Part shown: positions 9,415 to 19,522 of the stretch, piece by piece | How positions within the stretch are numbered: the first letter of the stretch is position 1 | How the letters are laid out: each line of letters starts with the position of its first letter | Assembly (NCBI GenBank): GCA_963724765.1 | Contig: CAVRVY010000003.1 | Coordinates: 1,504,001 to 1,568,000 of the forward strand | Source: an uncultured delta proteobacterium | GTDB lineage: Bacteria > Desulfobacterota > Binatia > Binatales > Binataceae | Direction of reading: 5' to 3' | DNA length: 64,000 nucleotides | Notes under the pieces: generated by a model | Seen by the model: only the letters and a program-made list of their open reading frames with translations | What the model was told of the DNA's origin: nothing | The model's database searches: none | Position numbers and translations under genes: made by a program

Positions 9415-10743
9415 ATGAGCGTCGAGAAGGAAAACAAGGCACTGGCGATAATCAAGCGCCTGCGCGAGGCTGGCTTCGTCGCCTACCTCGCCGGCGGATG
9501 CGTGCGCGACCGCGTGCTCGGCGTCGCGGCGAAGGACTACGACATCGCCACCGACGCGCGCCCCGAGGTCGTGCAGGAATTGTTCGACAACACGATCGCC
9601 GTCGGCGCGCGCTTCGGCGTGATCGTCGTGATCATCGACGGCGACACCTTCGAGGTCGCCACCTTCCGCGCCGACGCACCCTACGTCGACGGGCGCCGTC
9701 CCTCGGCGGTGCGCTTCGGCACGGTCGCGGAGGACGCGCGCCGGCGCGACTTCACCATCGGCGGGATGTATTTCGATCCATCAAGCGGGCGGATCATCGA
9801 CCTGGTGGGCGGGATGCGCGATCTGCGCGTCGGCGTGATCCGCGCGATCGGCAACGCCGCCGAGCGCTTCGAGGAGGACCATCTGCGGGTGCTGCGCGCG
9901 ATACGCTTTGCCACCCGGCTCAACTTCGAGATCGATGCCGCGACGTGGGCCGCGATGCGCCGGGCCGCGCCCAAGGTCGCCAATATCGCCGCCGAGCGCG
10001 TCGGCGAGGAAGTCGTGGCGATCATGACCGGCGGCCGCGCCGGGCGCGGGCTGGAGCTGATGCGCGAGAGCGGATTGCTCGAAGTCGTGATGCCCGAAGT
10101 GCTGCCGATGGTCGGATGCGGACAGCCGCAAAACTTTCATCCCGAGGGCGACGTCTACCGCCATACCTGGCTTGCGCTCTCGATGCTGGAGGCGGGATGC
10201 GCCGAGACGCTCGCGTTCGGCGTCCTGCTGCACGACGTCGCCAAGCCCCAGTGTCGCGCGGAGGCCGACGACAAGGTCACCTTCTACGGGCATACCGAAC
10301 AGGGCGCCGCGCTGGCGGAAGAGATCCTGCGGCGGATGCGGCGCTCGCGCTTCGTGCAGGAGCGCGTCGCCTACCTGGTGCGCAATCATCTGCGTCTGGT
10401 GATGGCGCCACGGATGCGCCGGGCCACGCTCAAGCGGATGCTCGCCGAGGACGGCTTCGGCGAGTTGCTCGAGCTCTCGCGCCTGGACGCGCTTGCCTCC
10501 AGCTCCAACCTCGGCTTCTACCATTTCTGCGCGCGCGCGATCGGCGCGATGGGCCGCGAGGAGATTCGCCCGCCGCGCCTGCTCGGCGGCGACGACCTGA
10601 TCGCGATGGGCTTCGCGCCCGGGCCGCATTTCAAATCGATCCTCAAGGACGTCGAGGACCAGCAACTCGACGGCGCGCTGGCCTCGCGCGACGAAGCCGT
10701 CGATTACGTGCGCGCGCGCTACGGTCCTCCGCCGCCCGCCTGA
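9415..10743 (+). CDS. cca: CCA tRNA nucleotidyltransferase with HD domain
   Basis: GGCVRD...DYDIAT, EDARRRDFT, EDHLRVLRAIRF, HPEGDV...LLHD. Confidence 0.88.
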   Translation: MSVEKENKALAIIKRLREAGFVAYLAGGCVRDRVLGVAAKDYDIATDARPEVVQELFDNTIAVGARFGVIVVIIDGDTFEVATFRADAPYVDGRRPSAVRFGTVAEDARRRDFTIGGMYFDPSSGRIIDLVGGMRDLRVGVIRAIGNAAERFEEDHLRVLRAIRFATRLNFEIDAATWAAMRRAAPKVANIAAERVGEEVVAIMTGGRAGRGLELMRESGLLEVVMPEVLPMVGCGQPQNFHPEGDVYRHTWLALSMLEAGCAETLAFGVLLHDVAKPQCRAEADDKVTFYGHTEQGAALAEEILRRMRRSRFVQERVAYLVRNHLRLVMAPRMRRATLKRMLAEDGFGELLELSRLDALASSSNLGFYHFCARAIGAMGREEIRPPRLLGGDDLIAMGFAPGPHFKSILKDVEDQQLDGALASRDEAVDYVRARYGPPPPA

Positions 10744-10756
10744 GCGCGTCGCGCCG

Positions 10757-12283
10757 ATGCTCGCCGCCCGCCACATCACGCGCCGCTTTGGCCCGCTGCT
10801 CGCGCTCGACGGCGTCGACTTCGACGCCGGCCCGGGCGAGATCGTGGCGCTGCTCGGCGAAAACGGTGCCGGCAAGACCACGCTGATGAACATCCTGGCC
10901 GGCCGTCTCCGCCCCGACGCGGGTTCGATCGAGCTGTTCGGCCGGGCGCTGCGCCCGGGCTCGCCAGCCGCCGCGCTGGCGGCCGGCATCGCCGCGGTGC
11001 ATCAGAGCCCGATGCTGTTCGAGCGGATGACGTGGGAGGAAAATCTCGCGCTTGGCGGTTTCGGCGCGGGCGCCGCCCGCTCCGGAGGCACTGAATTCAC
11101 AATAGATATGGCGGAAGTTGCGGCGCGCGCAGACGCGATGGCGGCGCGACTGGGCTTCGCGCTGCCGGCGCCGGGAGTGCGGATGGAGCAGCGCTCGATG
11201 GCCGAGCGGGTGCGGATGGAAGTGCTGCGCGCGCTCAGCTTCGAGCCGCGCGTACTTATTCTCGACGAGCCCACCGGACTGCTCGCGCCGGGCGAGCTGG
11301 CTGCGTTCCTCGACGTGCTGCGGCGTCTGCGCGGTGAGGGCCGTATCGTAATACTGGTCACCCATAAGCTCGCCGAGGCGCTCGCCGTCGCCGACCGGAT
11401 AACCGTACTCCGCCGCGGTCGCGTCGTGGCGCGCCGCGCCCGCGGCGAAGTCACCGAGGACGAGCTGGCGATCCTGATGATTGGCGAGCTCGCCCCGCCG
11501 TCCCAGGGCGCGCGCACGCGGGGTGCCGTCGGCGCGGTCGCGCTCGAAGTAAGGGATCTGGTCATCGAGCGGGGCGGATGGCGCGCGCTCGACGGCATCA
11601 ATCTCGAGGTCGCCGCCGGCGAGATCGTCGGGATCGCGGGCGTCGACGGCAACGGCCAGAGCGAGTTGGTTGAAGCGATGGCCGGGGTGCGCCGTCCCTT
11701 AAGCGGACTGATTCGCGCAAGCGCGGCGGGCGCGAACTATCTCGACCGCGCTCGCGGCAGCGGCCGCGGCGGCGCGATCGCGGTGATTCCGGAGAACCGC
11801 GACCTCGATGGCCTGGTCCTCGAAATGCCGCTTTGGGAGAACCTGCTGCTCGCGCGGCCGTTGCTCGCGCGAGCGTGCGGGCGTTTCGGATGGCTCAGCG
11901 CGTCGCGCGCCTGCGTGCGATGCGCGGAGCTGCTCGAGCGCTTTCACATCCGCGCCGCCGGCCCGCAGGCGCTCGCGGCCGAACTTTCCGGCGGCAACCG
12001 CCAGCGGTTATGCGTGGCGCGCGCGCTGGAGAGCCGCCCGCGCGTGCTGGTCGCGCACAACGTCACCCGCGGGCTCGACCTTGCCGCCACCGCCGAGGTG
12101 CGCCGGATGCTGGCCGCGTTCGCCGCCGAAGGCGGAGCGGTGCTACTAATCTCGAGCGATCTCGACGAGTTGATCGCGCTATGCGGCCGGCTCTGCGTGA
12201 TCAGCCGCGGACGCCTGCGCGCGGTGGGAGCCGATGAGCGCGATCCGGCGCGGCTGGGATTACTGATGGCGGGTGCGTGGTAG
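10757..12283 (+). CDS. Sugar/nucleoside-type ABC ATP-binding protein (two NBDs)
   Basis: GENGAGKT, LILDEPT, GVDGNGQSEL, LSGGNRQR, LLISSDLDE. Confidence 0.88.
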   Translation: MLAARHITRRFGPLLALDGVDFDAGPGEIVALLGENGAGKTTLMNILAGRLRPDAGSIELFGRALRPGSPAAALAAGIAAVHQSPMLFERMTWEENLALGGFGAGAARSGGTEFTIDMAEVAARADAMAARLGFALPAPGVRMEQRSMAERVRMEVLRALSFEPRVLILDEPTGLLAPGELAAFLDVLRRLRGEGRIVILVTHKLAEALAVADRITVLRRGRVVARRARGEVTEDELAILMIGELAPPSQGARTRGAVGAVALEVRDLVIERGGWRALDGINLEVAAGEIVGIAGVDGNGQSELVEAMAGVRRPLSGLIRASAAGANYLDRARGSGRGGAIAVIPENRDLDGLVLEMPLWENLLLARPLLARACGRFGWLSASRACVRCAELLERFHIRAAGPQALAAELSGGNRQRLCVARALESRPRVLVAHNVTRGLDLAATAEVRRMLAAFAAEGGAVLLISSDLDELIALCGRLCVISRGRLRAVGADERDPARLGLLMAGAW

Positions 12284-12307
12284 CCCGGCCAACGAGCGGT
12301 ACAGCGT

Positions 12308-13891
12308 TTGATGGGCGAACGGCACGGCCGTTTCTGTGATAGCGCGGAGGCGAGCTATGTATTTTGCGTCGGGGGCGTTAAAGCGGAAATTCCGAATAAA
12401 AGGCCGGCGCGGATTCCCGGACTCCTGGACGAAGGGGCGTGGCGCAGGGCGCTTTGCATAGCCGGCTGCTGCCTGAGGCTCCTGACACTGATCGGCGTTG
12501 CCACGGTTTTTTCCCTCAAGAGCGAGACTCAAGCTCAGACCCAGCCGCCGGTTCAATCCGTACCAGCAGCTAGTCCATCCGCATCGGTAGCGCCCGCATC
12601 GGTGACGCCCGCACCTTCGGTGCCATCCGGCGTCACCCCGCTTGGCCTCGAGGACGCTCCTGGCGCCGCGAGCGTCGTCGATTCCTTAAGCGGTCTTCAC
12701 AGCCGCCTTCAGGAGGCCGTCGGACTTCAGCTTCACGGGATGCTGGTGGGCACCTATGAATACAACTTCGACCGGCCCAGCACCGGCAACAACACCACGC
12801 GGGTTTACGATTTCTTCGGGAGCAACAGCCCCGAGCTTGCGCAAGGCGAGCTATATATCGAGCGCGCCGTGCCGAACCAGGTTGGCTTCGTGCTCGATCT
12901 GAACACCGCGAACGTGGCGCAGGTGCAGTACGGCCTCTCGACGGTCTATTGGAAGGTCCCGGGGAAGGCCGGCGCATGTCCGCAAAGTCCGTGCGGATGG
13001 CTCGATCCGACGCGCGCCTATCTCGATTACACGCTGCCGGTCGGAACTGGAGTTTTGCTAACCGCAGGCACGCAATTCCCCCTGATTGGCAACGAGGCGA
13101 TACCGAGCTGGCAAAACTACAACCTGTTCCAGTCGATCGGTTACGTTTTCCACGCGAGCCCTTTCAACGTCACCGGTCTGCGGGCCCATTACACCTTCAA
13201 CGACTACTTCGGCCTGACGCTCGGGCTCAATAACGGATGGAACTCGCTTGCCTCGAGCTATCCGCTGCAGACCTTCGAAGGGCAGCTAAGCCTGAACCCG
13301 GCCCGTGAACTCGCTTTCCTGGTAAACGGCATGTATGGGCCGCAGGGACCTACCGGCGGCAATCTGCCGTCGAAGGCCGGCGTGCTCGATCTAATCGCAA
13401 CCTGGACGCCGCCGATCGACGGGTTGAGCATCACCCAGGAGGCGATCGTCGGTCATCAGGACACCAACGCTCTCGCGCCGACACCCATAATCGAGGGACC
13501 GGGAAATCCGTCGAATCCGATTCTCGATGAGTTCCCCAACGGCCGCACCGTCCATCCAAGCGACTGGTATGGTGAGGGCACATGGGTGGCGTATCAGGTC
13601 ACCCCCCGCCTTCAGCTCGGCCTGCGCGGCGAAGTTCTGAAAGATGTCGACGGTTTCGATACCGGTCTGCCCCAGACGCTGTGGGACATAACGGCAGGAT
13701 TCAATTTCAAGCTCGCTGAATGGCTGGTCGGCCGGTTCGAGTACCGTCACGACGAATCCAGCCAGAAACCATTTCCGAGCAGCAAGCCGTTGGTCTTCTT
13801 CCCATGCCCGGGGCTCGGCACGTGCGCGGCGAGCGCGTCGACCTATCACGGGATGGATACCATCCTCGCGACGCTGATGTTTATCTTCTGA
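12308..13891 (+). CDS. Outer membrane beta-barrel porin-like protein (start uncertain, probably further downstream)
   Basis: Signal-like segment, Pro/Ala linker, amphipathic strands, GLNNGWN, RFEYRHD, C-terminal Phe. Confidence 0.7.
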   Translation: MMGERHGRFCDSAEASYVFCVGGVKAEIPNKRPARIPGLLDEGAWRRALCIAGCCLRLLTLIGVATVFSLKSETQAQTQPPVQSVPAASPSASVAPASVTPAPSVPSGVTPLGLEDAPGAASVVDSLSGLHSRLQEAVGLQLHGMLVGTYEYNFDRPSTGNNTTRVYDFFGSNSPELAQGELYIERAVPNQVGFVLDLNTANVAQVQYGLSTVYWKVPGKAGACPQSPCGWLDPTRAYLDYTLPVGTGVLLTAGTQFPLIGNEAIPSWQNYNLFQSIGYVFHASPFNVTGLRAHYTFNDYFGLTLGLNNGWNSLASSYPLQTFEGQLSLNPARELAFLVNGMYGPQGPTGGNLPSKAGVLDLIATWTPPIDGLSITQEAIVGHQDTNALAPTPIIEGPGNPSNPILDEFPNGRTVHPSDWYGEGTWVAYQVTPRLQLGLRGEVLKDVDGFDTGLPQTLWDITAGFNFKLAEWLVGRFEYRHDESSQKPFPSSKPLVFFPCPGLGTCAASASTYHGMDTILATLMFIF

Positions 13892-13894
13892 CGC

Positions 13895-14668
13895 CTACCG
13901 CTTCAGGTGCTCCAACTCCAGGGTGAAGCCGAGTGACTGGGCCGTCGCGCCCTCGCCCCGGCTCTCCTGATGCGTCGCCTTGACCGGACCGACGCCGGGC
14001 GCGAGCCAGTAATAGTCCTCGATGCTTACGTCCTCATCGGCCACCAGCCGCAGGCCGGCAGCCTTGCCCGGCGCGCGTGCGTTGCCTTTCATCGCTGAGG
14101 CTAGGCCGGTGCTCCGGATGCGAATGCATCCGCTGAAAGTCCCGGCCGGCACGGAAACGTTGTCGTTGACGCTCTCGATCTTCGTGGTCGCGTCGTACAC
14201 GGTGCCATCAAAGGTGCGATCTATTTCGCGCCAGCTGGTGCCGGCGCTGATCGGCAGTTTGATCACGTAGGAATGATCGTTCAGCCGCGACTGGAGCCCT
14301 TCGCTTTCGTCGATCGCGACGTGGCGGATTCCCTGGCCGTCGTCGGCGTAAAACTCGGTGTAGGTTTTGTCGCCACCCGTGTTCTGCTGCGGGACCGTGG
14401 TAAAGCCGAAAACTTTGCGTGGCGCCTGATTGGCCGTGGTCAGTTCGCCGGTGGCCCCGGTCGAGCCGCTGAAACGAAAGGTCCAGGCCATCCCGGGCTT
14501 GAGCGGAAAGTATCGAGCGAGGTCCGTTGGCGCGCGAGTGCATCCACTCGCGGCCATTGCCGCGCATATCATTCCCGCCGATAGCGCGCCCACCGATAGC
14601 GCACCCAGCAACACCGCGCCTGCCAATCCTGCATCCGCCAATCCCGCGATCGCAAATCTTCTCTGCAT
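13895..14668 (-). CDS. Hypothetical exported/lipoprotein
   Basis: Hydrophobic N-terminus ending ASGC; YFPLKPGMAW, VSVPAGTFSGC, YWLAPGVGPVK. Confidence 0.65.
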   Translation of the reverse strand: MQRRFAIAGLADAGLAGAVLLGALSVGALSAGMICAAMAASGCTRAPTDLARYFPLKPGMAWTFRFSGSTGATGELTTANQAPRKVFGFTTVPQQNTGGDKTYTEFYADDGQGIRHVAIDESEGLQSRLNDHSYVIKLPISAGTSWREIDRTFDGTVYDATTKIESVNDNVSVPAGTFSGCIRIRSTGLASAMKGNARAPGKAAGLRLVADEDVSIEDYYWLAPGVGPVKATHQESRGEGATAQSLGFTLELEHLKR

Positions 14669-14825
14669 ATTGTCTCCCGGGTCTGAACAAGTTCTGACGC
14701 GCGCTGCGGCACGGGTCAATCGCTCGCGCGAGTCCCGCGCGTGTGGCAGGCGAGTCGCACCTTGACTGCCAGTGACTCGCAAGCCTAGCCTAAATTCGAC
14801 CGGCACTTGGAGAGGCGGCGAGATT

Positions 14826-15719
14826 ATGAATGGCGTTCACGACCTGGGCGGGATGCATGGTTTCGGGCCGGTAGTCCGCGAACAGAACGAGCCCGTCTTC
14901 CACTCCGACTGGGAAAAGCGCGTGTTCGGGATGACGCTGACCGCGATGGGGCGCCGCGTGTACAACGTCGATGAGTTCCGCCGCGCGATCGAGCGCATGC
15001 CGCCGGCGCGCTACCTTGGAGCTACTTATTACGAGAAATGGCTCTACGCACTGGAATCGCTGCTGGTCGAGAAAGGCGTCGCCACGCGCGAGGAAATCGC
15101 CGGCGGACATGCTGCGGCGCCCACGGCGGCCAAGGCGACCGGATTGCTCGACGGCGGCGGCGGAGTCGAGTCGTTCGATAGTTCCGCGGTCAAGCTGCGC
15201 TTCGATAAGAGCTTCAAACCCAGCTTCAAGGTTGGCGACCGCGTGGTCGCGCGCAATTTCAATCCCGAGCATCACACGCGCCTGCCGCGCTATGCGCGCG
15301 GCAAACGCGGCGTCATCCGTTACGACCAGGGCGTCTTCGTTTTTCCCGATACGCACGCCCACGGGCAGGGCGGCAAGCCGCAGCACGTTTATACCGTTGC
15401 CTTCGACGCGAAGGAGCTGTGGGGTGCCGATCACAACGAGCGCGCGCCGGTGTATCTCGATTGCTGGGAGGACTACCTCGATCGCGACCGCATGGCCGCC
15501 AAACCTGCCATCAAGTCCGCCACCAAGGCCGCCGGCAAGCCCTCCGGCAAATCTTCCGGCAAGTCTTCCGGCAAGACACGAACGGCAAAATTCGCTGCTA
15601 AAGCGCTCGCGTCCAAGCCCGCCGCCAAGCGTGCCGTCAAGTCGGAAGCAACATCACGCGCCGCCGCGGCGAAGCGACCTGCCAAGAAGGGACCTGCCAG
15701 GAAGGGACATAGACGATGA
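14826..15719 (+). CDS. nthB: Nitrile hydratase beta subunit with Lys/Ala-rich C-terminal tail
   Basis: [44 protein letters not shown]. Confidence 0.93.
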   Translation: MNGVHDLGGMHGFGPVVREQNEPVFHSDWEKRVFGMTLTAMGRRVYNVDEFRRAIERMPPARYLGATYYEKWLYALESLLVEKGVATREEIAGGHAAAPTAAKATGLLDGGGGVESFDSSAVKLRFDKSFKPSFKVGDRVVARNFNPEHHTRLPRYARGKRGVIRYDQGVFVFPDTHAHGQGGKPQHVYTVAFDAKELWGADHNERAPVYLDCWEDYLDRDRMAAKPAIKSATKAAGKPSGKSSGKSSGKTRTAKFAAKALASKPAAKRAVKSEATSRAAAAKRPAKKGPARKGHRR

Positions 15720-16360
15720 GCGAGGAACACGATCATCACGACGGACACGACCATCATAATGCTCCGTTGTCCGAGCCGGCTCAACGCGTAAAGGCGCTCG
15801 AACAGTTGCTGATCGAGAAGGGATTGGTCAATCCGGAGGCGCTCGACGAGCTGATTGACACTTATGAATGGCGCGTCGGTCCGCGCAATGGCGCTCGCGT
15901 GGTCGCGCGCGCATGGGTTGACCCTGCGTACCGTAAGCGTCTGCTTGACAACGCCGCCCGGGCGATCGAGGAACTCGGCTTTCCGCCGGGTCCGCAGGGC
16001 GAGCACATGATGGTGGTCGAAAATACGCCACGCGTACACAACCTCGTAGTCTGCACGCTCTGCTCGTGCTACCCGTGGTCGGTCCTGGGGTTGCCGCCGG
16101 TGTGGTACAAGAGCACGGCCTACCGGGCGAGCGCGGTCAACAATCCGCGCGGGCTGCTCAAAGAGTTCGGGGTCGACGTGGGAGAGAAGGAAGTCCGCGT
16201 GTGGGACTCGAGCTCCGAGATGCGCTATTTCGTGATTCCCGAGCGGCCTGCCGGCACCGAGAGCCTAAGCGAGGACGAGCTTGCCGATCTGGTCACGCGC
16301 GATTCCATGATCGGCACGGGTCTGCCGCAGCACGCCCGTGAGAGTCGCTCGGCCAGGTAG
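15716..16360 (+). CDS. nthA: Nitrile hydratase alpha subunit, cobalt type
   Basis: [10 protein letters not shown] metal motif (Thr and Tyr typical of Co-type); His-rich N-terminus. Confidence 0.95.
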   Translation: MSEEHDHHDGHDHHNAPLSEPAQRVKALEQLLIEKGLVNPEALDELIDTYEWRVGPRNGARVVARAWVDPAYRKRLLDNAARAIEELGFPPGPQGEHMMVVENTPRVHNLVVCTLCSCYPWSVLGLPPVWYKSTAYRASAVNNPRGLLKEFGVDVGEKEVRVWDSSSEMRYFVIPERPAGTESLSEDELADLVTRDSMIGTGLPQHARESRSAR

Positions 16361-16385
16361 CCTGCACAGCGAAGGGGCATATCGA

Positions 16386-16736
16386 GTGTCCGTTAAAACC
16401 GCCGAAAATTTGATCGCGGCCGCCCGCGCGATAGCTCCCGAAGCCGTCTTCAGCGAGCCGTGGGAGGCGCATGCCTTCGCCGTCGCGGTGGCCCTCAGCG
16501 AAGCGGGACAGTTCCAGTGGGCAGAATTCCAGCAGAGCCTGATCGACGAGATCGGCGCGGCAGAGAAGACCGGCCGCACCATCAGCGGCGGCGCCGACTA
16601 CTACCGTCACTGGCTTAGCGCGCTGACCCGGCTGCTCAACGCCAAGGGTATCGTCGGCGGCGCTGAGCTGGAGGCCCGTATCGCGGGCGTCGGCCCGCCG
16701 CCGCCTGCGCAAGACCCGCACGGGCGGCATAAGTAA
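16386..16736 (+). CDS. Nitrile hydratase accessory protein (P14K/NhlE-like)
   Basis: FSEPWEAHAFAVAVAL, YYRHWLSAL; directly after nthA; GTG start inferred. Confidence 0.85.
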   Translation: MSVKTAENLIAAARAIAPEAVFSEPWEAHAFAVAVALSEAGQFQWAEFQQSLIDEIGAAEKTGRTISGGADYYRHWLSALTRLLNAKGIVGGAELEARIAGVGPPPPAQDPHGRHK

Positions 16737-16778
16737 GGAGGCGGCACGCGCCTTGGGCCGCGCGGCAGGCTATACGCG

Positions 16779-17072
16779 ATGTATCGTTATCTGATCGGCG
16801 CGATTGTCGTGGCGGTGATTGCCGCGGCGATCGGATGGAAGTGGTATCAACAGGAGCAGGCTGAACATCAGCGCGAGCAGGCGCAAATCGGAGAGCTGTC
16901 GGGGCGTATCGGGCAACTGCAGGACCAGAACAACCAGCTCAACGCGGCGCTCGCCAAGGTGCAAACGGAGGAGCAGCGCCAGGTCACCGAGAACGACCTC
17001 CTGGCCAAGACCCTCGAGCAGGCAAAACTGACCGGCAAGATTCCCGATAAGCTTCCATATCCACCGAAGTGA
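16779..17072 (+). CDS. Hypothetical membrane-anchored coiled-coil protein
   Basis: N-terminal TM helix, then Gln/Glu-rich heptads. Confidence 0.6.
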   Translation: MYRYLIGAIVVAVIAAAIGWKWYQQEQAEHQREQAQIGELSGRIGQLQDQNNQLNAALAKVQTEEQRQVTENDLLAKTLEQAKLTGKIPDKLPYPPK

Positions 17073-17242
17073 ACGCCGAGCGCGCGGTTCACGACGTTCA
17101 TTCTTCGCGTACCTCGCGACATGCCGAGCCGCTCCTTTACACCCGTCCGCGCAGGCGGTAAATCAGCCTCCATCAAGCGCTTCGGCCGCGCCCGGCGTGA
17201 TGAGGGCGGGCCAGATTCACGCGGCTTGAAAGGTGACGTTCG

Positions 17243-18409
17243 ATGTTGAATGCGACGCGAGACAAGAAACTGGCGACCGCGATGGTCGGATCCTTCCCTA
17301 AGCCCGCCTGGTTCAGCGAGAGCCTCCATGGGAGGCCGTTCAAAATCGCGATGGGCGATTCGCTCTATCGCGAGCAATACGTTGACGCGGTCGCCTGTTA
17401 CGTGAATGAGCAGGAACGCGCCGGACTCGACATCCTGACCGACGGCGACACCCGCTTTGACCTCGAGGTGGGCGGGCGTTCGTGGTTTTTCTACGTCATC
17501 GAGCGCCTCGGTGGAATCTCCGGCTCTCGCGACACCTCGCATTTCCTGGAGTACGCCGACATCAAGCCCGGCCACATCCTCTACGAGGTGCAGGAGGCAT
17601 ATCATCCGCCGGCCGTGACCGGAAAAATCACCCGCGGGCCGCTCCACTACAGCGCGATCTGGAAGACCGCGCAGAAGATGACCAGCAAGCCGGTGAAGTT
17701 CGGCGCGATCAGCGCGACCTGCCTGCCGATGATGCTGTGGAACGAGCACTACAAGAACGACCAGGAGCTGACGATGGACCTCGCGGCGGTGCTCAACGAG
17801 GAGCTGCGCGAACTGGCGGCCGCGGGATGCCCGGTGATCCAGGTTGAGGAGCCGCCCCATCACTTCGCCTGCTGCACGACTCCGCCGGCGACGGAGAAGG
17901 ACCTCGACTTTTACACACGGGCCTTCAATCGCGAAGTCGAGGGCGTGAATACGGAAATCTGGGCGCACATCTGCTGGGGAAATCCGAATCAGCAGAGCTT
18001 CTACTGGGAGCGCCCGAGCTACGAGCGGTCGCTGCCGTACCTGATGGCGCTCAATGCCGACGTGGTGGGGCTGGAATGCGCGAGCAGCAATGGGCGCGAC
18101 CTGCCGCTGCTCAAGCATCACAAGACCGCCAAGAAGATCGCGATCGGCGTGATCAATCATACCGCCACCACCGTCGAGCCTCCCGCGCTCGTCGCCAACC
18201 TGATCCGCAAGGCGCTCGAATACGTCCCGCCCGAGCGACTGATCATCGGTGCGGATTGCGGCTTCGGGCGTGAAGGGCTCTCGCGCCGGATCGCCTTCTA
18301 CAAGTGCGTCTCGCTGGTGCTGGGGACGAATATCGTGCGCAAGGAATTGGGGCTACCCGAGGTCGAGGTTCGCGCCGCCGACCCGCGATTCGCATTCAGG
18401 GAGGCGTAA
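17243..18409 (+). CDS. Single-barrel MetE-family Zn enzyme (cobalamin-independent methionine synthase II family)
   Basis: VGSFPKP, QERAGLDILTDG, HICWGN, LECAS, ADCGF (His/Cys/Glu/Cys Zn ligands). Confidence 0.85.
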   Translation: MLNATRDKKLATAMVGSFPKPAWFSESLHGRPFKIAMGDSLYREQYVDAVACYVNEQERAGLDILTDGDTRFDLEVGGRSWFFYVIERLGGISGSRDTSHFLEYADIKPGHILYEVQEAYHPPAVTGKITRGPLHYSAIWKTAQKMTSKPVKFGAISATCLPMMLWNEHYKNDQELTMDLAAVLNEELRELAAAGCPVIQVEEPPHHFACCTTPPATEKDLDFYTRAFNREVEGVNTEIWAHICWGNPNQQSFYWERPSYERSLPYLMALNADVVGLECASSNGRDLPLLKHHKTAKKIAIGVINHTATTVEPPALVANLIRKALEYVPPERLIIGADCGFGREGLSRRIAFYKCVSLVLGTNIVRKELGLPEVEVRAADPRFAFREA

Positions 18410-18520
18410 AGTCCGCCGGGCCGTTGGCGAAAAACTCGACTTGGTATCGCGCGCGAGAATGCTCAAACTCGGCCCAGGTGTTATAACGCGATTTGCATCC
18501 CAAGCCCCGTGAGAGGAACC

Positions 18521-19522
18521 ATGAGCCCGGCTAGGCAAACGGTCGGCGGTCCGTTCTTTGACGATCTTCACGTTGGACTCGTCGCCGACAGCGCCCCGTC
18601 GCTGACCCTGACCGAAGGAGTCGCGGCCGCGCACGGTGCGATCGTGGGCGACCGGATGCGGCTTGCGCTCGATGCGGAGTTGAGCCGCCGCGTGCTCGGT
18701 TCCGCGCTCGCCCATCCGGCGCTGGTGTGGGACGTGGCGAACGGACAATCCACGTTATTTACCCAGCGCGTAATCGCGAATCTGTTTTATCGCGGCTTCA
18801 TGTTTCGCCGCGCGCCGTCAATTGGTGACACTCTGTACACGACGACCGAAGTGGTGGGCCTGCGGCAGAACCGCCCGCGCCTGGGCCGCGCCGCGACCGG
18901 CCTCGCCGCCTTGCACGTGCGCACGATCGATCAGAAGGGCCGCGCCGTGCTCGACTACACACGCTGCGCGATGTTGCCGCTGCGCAGTCCCGAGGGCGAG
19001 ACTGGACACAACGCCGACCTCGAAAAGGTCGGGGCGGAACTCGACCCGAGCGCATTGCCCGTGCCGATCGCGGGTTGGGACTTGAAGGCATTTCGCGACT
19101 CCGCTCGGGGCGTGCACTTCGCCGATCTTGCCGTGGGGACGATCTGGGAAGTTACGGGCGGCGACGTCGTATCGGCGGCGCCCGAACTGGCGCGGCTTAC
19201 GTTGAATATCGCGATGGCGCATCACGACGCCGCCTCAAGCTCGGCGGGGCGGCTGGTCTATGGCGGCCATACGATCGGCTTGGCGGCGGCGCAGGCGACG
19301 CGCGCGCTGCCGAACCTGGTGACGATCGTCGCATGGCACGGATGCGATCATCTGGCGCCGGTCCGCGAGGGCGACACGTTGCGCAGCACGCTCGAACTCG
19401 AACGCGCCGAACCGCTTGCGGGCGGCGGCGGACTGGTGCATCTGCGCTCGCGCGTATGCGCCGACCGCGAGGGCGGTTCACAGGACGTGCTGGACTGGCG
19501 TTTCATAGGAGTAATGGCATGA
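18521..19522 (+). CDS. Double MaoC hot-dog dehydratase, Mch-like
   Basis: GPFFDDL, ANLFY, GDTLYTTTEVVGLRQN, YGGHTIG, HLAPVREGDTL; overlaps the mct start. Confidence 0.75.
   Translation: MSPARQTVGGPFFDDLHVGLVADSAPSLTLTEGVAAAHGAIVGDRMRLALDAELSRRVLGSALAHPALVWDVANGQSTLFTQRVIANLFYRGFMFRRAPSIGDTLYTTTEVVGLRQNRPRLGRAATGLAALHVRTIDQKGRAVLDYTRCAMLPLRSPEGETGHNADLEKVGAELDPSALPVPIAGWDLKAFRDSARGVHFADLAVGTIWEVTGGDVVSAAPELARLTLNIAMAHHDAASSSAGRLVYGGHTIGLAAAQATRALPNLVTIVAWHGCDHLAPVREGDTLRSTLELERAEPLAGGGGLVHLRSRVCADREGGSQDVLDWRFIGVMA

Noticed and set aside
9415-10743. Possible CC-only or A-only adding enzyme, or poly(A) polymerase (FTIGGM instead of FTINAM)
   Set aside because: Flexible loop (YVDGRRP) and EDxxRRD are intact; nothing supports a split activity.
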